From Gemmatimonadaceae bacterium (GTDB taxonomy: Bacteria > Gemmatimonadota > Gemmatimonadetes > Gemmatimonadales > Gemmatimonadaceae): a stretch of DNA of 11,918 nucleotides. The stretch lies in the NCBI GenBank assembly GCA_051859245.1, contig JBHYGA010000002.1:1-11918 (forward strand), given 5' to 3'. Shown here in pieces: positions 1-6,459 of this stretch. Each line of letters opens with the position of its first letter. Within the stretch, counting starts at the first letter, position 1. The position numbers were made by a program, and so were the translations under genes. The notes under the pieces are model-generated. The model had not been told where the DNA came from. It searched no databases and saw nothing but the letters and a program-made list of their open reading frames with translations.

Positions 1-54
1 ATTCGGTCATTCGGCCCTTCTGCGGGAGCCCAAGGCCATTCGGCCATTCGGCCT
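1..54. repeat. 54 bp dispersed repeat, left copy (ATTCGGYC octamer x2 - spacer - ATTCGGCC x2)
   Basis: attcggtc-attcggcc-cttctgcgggagcccaaggcc-attcggcc-attcggcc-t aligns without gaps to 11865-11918 with 7 mismatches (positions 18-21, 33, 41, 46). It may extend beyond the window edge. Confidence 0.92.
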
Positions 55-112
55 CGTAGCTTCGCCAGGCCGCACCCTGCTACCAAGGTGCCCCAACAAT
101 CTCCGCTACAAG

Positions 113-727
113 CTACTTATTAAAATCCACCTTCGGCGCCGTCTGCGCCGCCGCATCCGCCTCGAAATACACCCTTGGCTTCGCGCCGGTGACTTTGGCC
201 GTCACCACTGCCGGAAACCGGCGAATGTACGCATTGTATTTCTCCACCGCGGCATTGTAATCCGTGCGCGATACCGCCACGCGATTCTCGGTCCCCGTAA
301 GCTCATCCTGCAACCGCAGGAAGTTCTCATTCGACTTGAGCTCCGGATACGCTTCCACCACCACATTGAGTCGGCCGAGCGCCGATGTGAGCCCCGCATT
401 CGCCGCGGCGAGCTCCGTCATATCCGCGCCACCGGTTTTCGCGAGCGCGCCTGACAAACCAGCCCGCGCCTGCGTGACCTGCGTGAGCACTTCACTTTCC
501 TGCGCCGCAAATCCTTTCACCGTTTCCACAAGATTCGGAATCAGGTCAGCACGACGCTGCAGCTGCACTTCAATGTTGCGCTGCGCCGAGGCAGCCTGTT
601 CGTCATACGTTTGAATCTGATTGTAGCCGCACGCGCCGAGCAGCGCGGGAAGCACAAGCATGGCCAGCACACGAACACGCGTACGTGAACGCGGGCGTGA
701 CACCGGAAGGGCGCGGGGTGCAGTCAT
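113..727 (-). CDS. lemA: LemA family protein, lipoprotein-type N-terminus (204 aa)
   Basis: LemA motifs QLQRRADLIPNLVETVKGFA, VVEAYPELKSNENFLRLQDELTGTENRVAVSRTDYN and YNAYIRRFP. Start moved from 802 to ATG 727 because GAGGAG (734-739) lies 6 nt upstream. Lipobox LLGA-C-GYN follows a basic and hydrophobic signal. Confidence 0.95.
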   Translation of the reverse strand: MTAPRALPVSRPRSRTRVRVLAMLVLPALLGACGYNQIQTYDEQAASAQRNIEVQLQRRADLIPNLVETVKGFAAQESEVLTQVTQARAGLSGALAKTGGADMTELAAANAGLTSALGRLNVVVEAYPELKSNENFLRLQDELTGTENRVAVSRTDYNAAVEKYNAYIRRFPAVVTAKVTGAKPRVYFEADAAAQTAPKVDFNK

Positions 728-819
728 TACAGACTCCTCGAAAGAGACAACAGTGTTAGCGACAGGAAAGACATCGGGAGAAGCCACACGACACACATCC
801 AAACAGGAATTTCAGCAAC

Positions 820-1539
820 TCAAGGCCCGGCAACGTGCGCATCCAACCACGCCGTCAGGCGTTCCATACCAGCCAGTGTTCCGAATAACAGCTGTTCCGC
901 TTCCTTCCCCTTGGGCTCGGCCCCGCCGCGCATGAACGCGAGCACACGCAAAAACGGTGACGCATCAAATCCGGCCAGCTGCGCCGTTTGCGTGATCAGT
1001 GCGTCTCGGTCACTCGGCGCACGCACACCCGTTGTTCGAACCGCTGCGCGAAACACCACCATGAGCGTGCTGTGACTCGCCCGCAATAAATCCGTTTGTT
1101 GTTTGACATCGGTACCCGCGCGCATGATGCCCTGCCGAAGCCGGAGCACCTTGCCCATGGCTTCATGCTCCGTTTGCCGGCGCAAATCACCGAGCGACAC
1201 CTGCACGCCCTGCGTGGGCAGGTCGCCGAACAACACACGATGGCGTTCAAGAATGTCCGCGTATTCCATGGGAAAAATGTCCGCGGAACGCTGCCACTCA
1301 CTCACCGTGAGTTCGAGTGGCGGCGGGTTGCCCGCTTCTTCCCACGCGCGCGCTGTTTGCCCCAGCAGTTCAAGCTGCGTGGGATCAATCGTATCCACGA
1401 GCACCAGGACGTTCAGATCAGACTGACGTTCCAGTTGCTCGTTCGCGGCCGCTGACCCGTACAACACCACACAGCGCAGTTTGCCGCCGTGCATGTGCCG
1501 GAGCTGGCCTGTGAGATCGTCGAGCGTCATTGCTGCCAT
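820..1539 (-). CDS. Pol-beta superfamily nucleotidyltransferase-like protein with helical C-terminal domain (239 aa)
   Basis: VVLYGSAA...SDLNVLVLV matches the hG[GS]x(n)Dh[DE]h NTase signature, with Asn at the second acidic position. FPMEYADILERHRVLFG follows, then amphipathic helices. Start chosen at ATG 1539 with AAGGA 5 nt upstream (alternative ATG 1530). Confidence 0.8.
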   Translation of the reverse strand: MAAMTLDDLTGQLRHMHGGKLRCVVLYGSAAANEQLERQSDLNVLVLVDTIDPTQLELLGQTARAWEEAGNPPPLELTVSEWQRSADIFPMEYADILERHRVLFGDLPTQGVQVSLGDLRRQTEHEAMGKVLRLRQGIMRAGTDVKQQTDLLRASHSTLMVVFRAAVRTTGVRAPSDRDALITQTAQLAGFDASPFLRVLAFMRGGAEPKGKEAEQLLFGTLAGMERLTAWLDAHVAGP

Positions 1540-1638
1540 GTGAGTCCTTCTGCGGTTGCGCAGAAAATCGAGAGTGACGGTGTTCGTCTGTGCGTCAGAA
1601 GCCACGCGTGCTGTTCGACGTGATGTCTTGCGTGCTGC

Positions 1639-2508
1639 CTACCAGCTGGAGCCACCACCGCCGCCGCTGAATCCGCCACCACCACCAAAGCCACCGAATC
1701 CACCGCCGCCGAATCCGCCGCCAAATCCACCGCCATACCCACCGTGATGTCGACCTCGGTGCGGCCCCGACATGGTGCTCGCGATAGCGAGTGGCAGACA
1801 CCCGCTGCCGCGTCCACGACTCGCCAGAAACATGATGATCAAAAACAGCGCGATGCTCATGACTGCTGAGCCGCCACCGGGCTCAGCCGAACGACGTACG
1901 CGCTGCACTGGCAACTCACCCTCGGCCAGCGAAAATCCAAACTCGTTCGCGTAGGCTTCTGCTACCGCCGAGGTCACGATTAGCAATCCGCCGCTATAGT
2001 CGGTAACGCGAAAACGGTCTGTCGCAGCACGACAGATGCTTCCCGCCGTGGCGTCGGTAATGAATCCCTCGACGCCCATACCGGACTCAATACGACAATA
2101 CCCGCGATTGTCGCTGCTGGATTCCTTGGGTACCAGCAGGATTACCGTACCGGCGTTGCGACGCCGATCACCAATCTCGCCCTGAGCGCCAACACCCCAC
2201 TCGCGTCCTATGCGAAGCGCGGTTTCTTCAACCGGTCGGCTTTCGAGATCTGGCAGCGTGACAATGGCGATTTCGCCGCCCGACCGCGTTTGCACAATGC
2301 GCGCCAGCTCATCGAGCTGCTGCGCCGCCTGCGGCGAGATCACATTGGCAAAGTCGTTCACGTAGCCGCGCGCCGCGGGCAACGGCGCAGGCTGCGCCCG
2401 GACGGTGACAGTCACGACACACGGCAGCAGCGTGGCGAACAGCAGACGCCGGGCTGTGGCCCAGCTCTGGCGCGTAGATCGAGGCAGTTGTGCGTGAACA
2501 GCGTTCAT
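1639..2508 (-). CDS. TPM domain (TLP18.3/Psb32/MOLO-1; YgcG-like) membrane protein with Gly-rich C-terminal tail (289 aa)
   Basis: Signal peptide ending VRA-QP. TPM motifs GYVNDFANVIS, EIAIVTLPDL, REWGVG, RIESGMGVEGFITDATAGSI and DYSGGL. One TM helix (VMSIALFLIIMFLA) and the typical GGFGGFGGGGGFSGGGGGSSW terminus. Confidence 0.92.
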   Translation of the reverse strand: MNAVHAQLPRSTRQSWATARRLLFATLLPCVVTVTVRAQPAPLPAARGYVNDFANVISPQAAQQLDELARIVQTRSGGEIAIVTLPDLESRPVEETALRIGREWGVGAQGEIGDRRRNAGTVILLVPKESSSDNRGYCRIESGMGVEGFITDATAGSICRAATDRFRVTDYSGGLLIVTSAVAEAYANEFGFSLAEGELPVQRVRRSAEPGGGSAVMSIALFLIIMFLASRGRGSGCLPLAIASTMSGPHRGRHHGGYGGGFGGGFGGGGFGGFGGGGGFSGGGGGSSW

Positions 2509-2514
2509 TCCTGT

Positions 2515-2520
2515 AATCTA
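2515..2520 (-). promoter_or_regulatory. Putative -10 element (TAGATT) for a leaderless transcript of the TPM gene
   Basis: Minus strand reads TAGATT-ACAGGA-ATG: a TANNNT hexamer 6 nt before ATG 2508, with no properly spaced SD. Confidence 0.45.
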
Positions 2521-2562
2521 CGCGAATTGCACGCGGTAGATTCAGAAATGCGCTAAGTGCAA

Positions 2563-3336
2563 TCAGGGCGGTATCTTATCGCCGTTCATGCGCGTGTAGA
2601 GCGCGAGAGCACCGTACGGCGCACGATCGCCCCATTCGGCGCGGGAATCAGATGCACTGACGAGCGCCATGAAATAAATGTCGCGCGGATTCAGATGCAC
2701 GTTCGGGCCGATCAATACGCCGTCGAGGATGACAGACAAGCATTGATTATTGCGAACACTGCGTATGCAGGCACCAGGCGCGTTTGGAATAATGATACCT
2801 GGAATTCCGAGTGTCGAAAGCAGCTCATTGAATCCGGCCGCTGTTTCACGACGCGCCGCGATGAGCTCCGGTTCAACAATACGCCAGCCACGCCGGCGTG
2901 CGTCAGCATAACGCGATGCGTTGAGCGACGGCCTTGCCGTGGTGCGCACTTCTTCAACTTCGGCGGGCAAATCACGCACCCAGAAATCGGCGTTGACCGT
3001 GTCCTCGGCGGCCAGCGTGATTTCGTCAGACATACTGGGACGCATGCCGATGCGTGACACCGTCACGCGAAAGGGTGCGCCAATCGCTCCGAGCACGTTG
3101 AGCAGGTAGCGCCCGTCCGCGCCGCTCACGGCCTCACCAATTCGCTTTCCAGCGCGATCCTCGGCCACAATGCGGGCGCGATCGATGGGTCTTTCCCCTT
3201 CGCGCACGCGAACAACTCCCCGAAGCACCTGTGCATCGAGTGCAGCTGCGGAAAAAAAGCAGGCTGCAAGCAACACGACCGCGGACGTGCAGAGCACGCC
3301 GCGGTCGTGAAACATGCGAACCAACCGTGAAAACAT
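2563..3336 (-). CDS. Exported protein: carboxypeptidase-regulatory-like Ig domain plus TonB-receptor plug-like domain, no beta-barrel (257 aa)
   Basis: Signal peptide ending ALDA-QV. VLRGVVRVREGERPIDRARIV...SGADGRYLL...VTVSRIGMRP resembles CarboxypepD_reg. C-terminal VILDGV...LNPRDI...WGDRAPYGALALYTR matches the plug motif. ATG 3336 lies 1 nt after the upstream TAA (alternative ATG 3315). Confidence 0.75.
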   Translation of the reverse strand: MFSRLVRMFHDRGVLCTSAVVLLAACFFSAAALDAQVLRGVVRVREGERPIDRARIVAEDRAGKRIGEAVSGADGRYLLNVLGAIGAPFRVTVSRIGMRPSMSDEITLAAEDTVNADFWVRDLPAEVEEVRTTARPSLNASRYADARRRGWRIVEPELIAARRETAAGFNELLSTLGIPGIIIPNAPGACIRSVRNNQCLSVILDGVLIGPNVHLNPRDIYFMALVSASDSRAEWGDRAPYGALALYTRMNGDKIPP

Positions 3337-3337
3337 T

Positions 3338-4174
3338 TTACGGCGTGGTGGTTCTCGGTGGCTGACGGTCAGCAAAGAACAGCACCGTCGGGGTGGCCGA
3401 AGCCGCGGCCGAGGAACCCGTCACTGAAGCCGAGAAGGCAACCGCAGACAACACAGAGCCTGGGATCGTCGCGCCAGCAATCGGATCCGCCGTCGCAGTA
3501 CCAGCAACACCAGCCGGTGCGGCGGTTGAGATCAAGGGCGTCGTGCTACCCGCCGCCGTGACACGAACCGCGAAGGCACCTGGAGCCACTGTGCGATAAG
3601 TGGAGGACGTTCCGAATGCGAGACCTGCAATCGCCGGTGCACCGGTGATTGCTGAGGTGGTTGTTGGCGTCAGGTAGACATCAACGTTGCCAACACCGGC
3701 GGCGGCGTGAATCGCGCGAACGGCGATGCTGGTGCCGGGCGTCGGGATCTCATCCTGGAGAATGCGAATCGAGTTGGCGGGATTACCACCCGTGCGCGCA
3801 AAACCTGCCTGAAGTACGGTGTAGTACTTACCGGCTTCAAAGTTGAAGGTCTGCTCGCCCAAGACTGCGGTGTTCCCGGCAATCGACGCATTGGCCTGAT
3901 ACGTGAACACGCGGAACTGGCGACTTCCGGCCTGCGTGCCCTGATAGTTGCCGTTGCCCATTCCGCGGAACGGTACGCCCGTCCACGTTTGCGGAGTGAA
4001 CTCCACCTGATCGATAAAGCGCACCGTCGTTCCAAGCGTGTCTGGCAGTGCGTTGATGTAACGCACGTACGCCAACGGCGGCAGTGTGGTGGGCTCGAGT
4101 GCGCCATCATCACGTTGGCAGCCAATGGATGCAAGCGCAGCCACCGCGAGGAGTGTGAACCGTGAAAGCCTCAT
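3338..4174 (-). CDS. DUF4397-like lipoprotein with two beta-sandwich repeats (278 aa)
   Basis: Start ATG 4174 with AAGGAG at 4185-4190. Lipoprotein signal MRLSRFTLLAVAALASIG-C19. Two DUF4397-type openings, AYVRYINALPD and IAVRAIHAAAGVGNVDVY, plus FEAGKYYTV and LAFGTSSTYRTVAPG. Confidence 0.8.
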   Translation of the reverse strand: MRLSRFTLLAVAALASIGCQRDDGALEPTTLPPLAYVRYINALPDTLGTTVRFIDQVEFTPQTWTGVPFRGMGNGNYQGTQAGSRQFRVFTYQANASIAGNTAVLGEQTFNFEAGKYYTVLQAGFARTGGNPANSIRILQDEIPTPGTSIAVRAIHAAAGVGNVDVYLTPTTTSAITGAPAIAGLAFGTSSTYRTVAPGAFAVRVTAAGSTTPLISTAAPAGVAGTATADPIAGATIPGSVLSAVAFSASVTGSSAAASATPTVLFFADRQPPRTTTP

Positions 4175-4241
4175 GAGCCTAAGACTCCTTACCTGAGTTC
4201 TAAATTCTGCGAAAAAGTATCTGGAAGCGGTACGGTACCGC

Positions 4242-4760
4242 TCACCGACGGAATGAAGTGCCACCGCCACCACCGGGCCCCTCAATCACTTCGCCGCCTT
4301 CGGTGTCACCACCGAAGAGGTCCAGTGTCAGCCCAAACGTGATCACGGCGAGCACACCAACAATGGCACCTGCCAGGAGAAAACTTCTGGCCTTCGACAG
4401 CTTGCGCGGGCGAAAACCCATGATGGCTTCGTTCGGAATGGTCACGCGTTCGCCTGACCACACAGCCGACCCACCACGAAGATCCTTGATCCCGCTCACG
4501 TCCATCACAATGCCAGCCGAATCTGCGGACACCAGCACACCCTCGACACGATCAACACTGGAACCCAATCGATCGCCGAGCAGCACGCGTCCACGGTCAT
4601 TCAACGCCACCGCCATTTTTTCTGATACTGGCGGCGGCGCAGACTGCACTGGCAGATACGAGTAGCATCCCCACTGTAGCGACAGCGTGCATAGAGAAAG
4701 CAGCAATACCGCTTTCCGAAAGGCTGAGCCACGATACATCGGGGATGCTCGCATGATCAC
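4242..4760 (-). CDS. Hypothetical exported/membrane protein (possible lipoprotein, C-terminal TM helix)
   Basis: GTG overlaps the susD stop (GTGA, 4757-4760); alternative ATGs at 4754 and 4739. Hydrophobic N-terminus ends WG-C-YSY (atypical lipobox). A beta-rich core is followed by TM segment FLLAGAIVGVLAVITFGLTL and an acidic/Gly tail. It fills the operon gap exactly. Confidence 0.75.
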   Translation of the reverse strand: MIMRASPMYRGSAFRKAVLLLSLCTLSLQWGCYSYLPVQSAPPPVSEKMAVALNDRGRVLLGDRLGSSVDRVEGVLVSADSAGIVMDVSGIKDLRGGSAVWSGERVTIPNEAIMGFRPRKLSKARSFLLAGAIVGVLAVITFGLTLDLFGGDTEGGEVIEGPGGGGGTSFRR

Positions 4761-6394
4761 TGGAATCCGTAGGTGCCGATGGGCGCCTGCGTGGTACCGT
4801 TATAGAACGGGAGAATACGGGCGTTCATTTCCTGGTACGGGACCGGCCACTCGAGCGGCGTCGTGGCAACAAGGTCGCCCCAACCACGGCTGTCGGTAAA
4901 CCAGATCATGTAACCAGTGAACGCTGTTTCCATACGCTTCTCATACTTCATTGCTTCGAAGATGTTGCCACAGGCGACAGTCGTGAAGCTCGGGCCCTGC
5001 GGCACACGCGGAATGCATCCGGCGCCCGTACCAATCGGCTGCGTAGCCGACGTGATACCCGAAATCGCCGGCAGGTTGTTGCGCGTGCGGCTGGCGTTGA
5101 TCAGCGTCGTGGCCGCCGCGAAGTTTCCTGCGCGGATGTGGCCTTCGGCGGCGAGCATTGTCATTTCGGTGGCCGACATATCGGTGTACGGACCGTCACC
5201 GGCTGACGCCTGCGTCGCGCCGTAGCGACGGTGGTCATACTGCGACTCACCCCAGCTGGCACCAAGAACATCCGTTCCGGGCGGACGATTACGAATGTAC
5301 TGACCGGCCGGCAGGATGTTGTTCGTCTGCGCATCTGCCTGGGCGGCACGAGTTTCGCCGCGCGGCCAACGCTTGTCGGCCGTTACTACGGTGAACTGAC
5401 GACGCTCGTCGCGCGGCGTGTTCAGCCACGATACGTAGGCACCGGAGGTGTCCGCCATGCCGAGGTAGTACATCGGGAGTGAATGCCATCCACCAACGAC
5501 GTAAATCTGGCCCGCGTCGAAACCGGCACTCCAACCCGTGCTGCCGTTGATCGTGACGTTGTGATCGGCCGTGATGCCGGCTTCCGCATCGGCAATCACT
5601 GCGGCCCAGTTGACCGCCGCGCGTTCCGCAGGGGTGCGTGCCACACCAGCTCGAATGCGCGCACGATAGGAGCGCGCGAGCCGCACGAAGTTATCACGGC
5701 TGTACGACGTTCCCGAGATCCACGTGGGTGGAAGTGGGAAACCGTTGCCGCCGGTGGTTGCTGCCGGTGACTGTGCAATCGCGATCGCCGAGTCGAGCAT
5801 GGCGACCGCGGCGGCATTCACGTCCTTTGCGGACGACAGCCCCGGGACCTCTTCGCTCGAAACGGCCGGCGTCAGGATCGCGGCCGAGTCGTACGCGAAC
5901 GACGTGTAGCCGAGCGCCTGACCAAGGATCAGAAACGCGAACGCCTTGGCGCGCGCATTACGAGCCGGTGTGCTCAGACCGATGCCGTTGGTGCTGGCCA
6001 CCAAACGATCAACGGCCTGAATACCGTTGACAGCCGTACGCGCGAGGCGCTGGAAGCTGTTGTAGTTCGCCAGGTTACCGGTCGCGACGTTGTTGCCAAG
6101 ATCGTTGTCGATCGGCTGGCGCGGAATCGTGGAACGCTGTGCCATACCGAAGTTTGCGACGGTCGCAAACGATTCGCCGGCAAAGATCTTCGCCTGCGTA
6201 TTGACGGACTCACTCGCGCGCTGCGGGTTGTTCAGCTGCGGTCCAAGTCCGGCAATAACGCCTTCGATACCGTCGGGTGTGGCATACGCGCGCGCCACGT
6301 CCGGGTTGTTAAGGTTTTCGACATTCAAACGATCACCTACGCAGCCACCGAGGCCGAGTAGAAGACCGCACAACACAATGGAATGCTTACGCAT
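4757..6394 (-). CDS. susD: SusD/RagB-like outer-membrane nutrient-binding lipoprotein (545 aa)
   Basis: Directly downstream of SusC. Start ATG 6394 with AGGGG upstream; lipobox LGLGG-C18 then LNVENLNNPD. SusD-like C-terminal motifs EMTMLAAEGHIR, AATTLINASR, MKYEKRMETAFTG, WFTDSRGWG and WPVPYQE. The symbol denotes the family, not starch specificity. Confidence 0.85.
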   Translation of the reverse strand: MRKHSIVLCGLLLGLGGCVGDRLNVENLNNPDVARAYATPDGIEGVIAGLGPQLNNPQRASESVNTQAKIFAGESFATVANFGMAQRSTIPRQPIDNDLGNNVATGNLANYNSFQRLARTAVNGIQAVDRLVASTNGIGLSTPARNARAKAFAFLILGQALGYTSFAYDSAAILTPAVSSEEVPGLSSAKDVNAAAVAMLDSAIAIAQSPAATTGGNGFPLPPTWISGTSYSRDNFVRLARSYRARIRAGVARTPAERAAVNWAAVIADAEAGITADHNVTINGSTGWSAGFDAGQIYVVGGWHSLPMYYLGMADTSGAYVSWLNTPRDERRQFTVVTADKRWPRGETRAAQADAQTNNILPAGQYIRNRPPGTDVLGASWGESQYDHRRYGATQASAGDGPYTDMSATEMTMLAAEGHIRAGNFAAATTLINASRTRNNLPAISGITSATQPIGTGAGCIPRVPQGPSFTTVACGNIFEAMKYEKRMETAFTGYMIWFTDSRGWGDLVATTPLEWPVPYQEMNARILPFYNGTTQAPIGTYGFQ

Positions 6395-6414
6395 CGAGTT
6401 TCCCCTGTGTGAGC

Positions 6415-6451
6415 GTTGCCGGGCGACACGCATGCCGCACCGCCCGGCAAC
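6415..6451 (-). promoter_or_regulatory. Strong intercistronic stem-loop between susC and susD
   Basis: Perfect 11 bp inverted repeat GTTGCCGGGCG (6415-6425) / CGCCCGGCAAC (6441-6451). It extends by 5 more pairs (3 G-U) only on the minus (mRNA) strand. No U-tract follows. Confidence 0.7.
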
Positions 6452-6459
6452 ATCCCGGA

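Noticed and set aside
1..54. Terminal repeats as CRISPR repeats, att sites or IS ends
   Set aside because: Only two copies 11.8 kb apart, with no spacer array and no cas, integrase or transposase gene. They are direct rather than inverted, and the cargo includes housekeeping waaA.
56..116. Hairpin 72-91 (GCACCTTG/CAGGGTGC on minus) and 7 bp inverted repeat 56-62/110-116 as a lemA terminator
   Set aside because: The stem is plausible but no U-tract follows, so it cannot be called an intrinsic terminator.
820..1539. NTase as a CBASS CD-NTase or MNT-HEPN toxin-antitoxin component
   Set aside because: It lacks the DxD motif, is shorter than typical CD-NTases, and has no adjacent effector or HEPN toxin. 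The context is lemA/TPM.
1648..1745. CCACC/CCGCC low-complexity tandem repeats and the Pro-rich + strand ORF 1556-1747
   Set aside because: Fully explained by the Gly-rich tail codons of the TPM protein; the + ORF is its antisense shadow.
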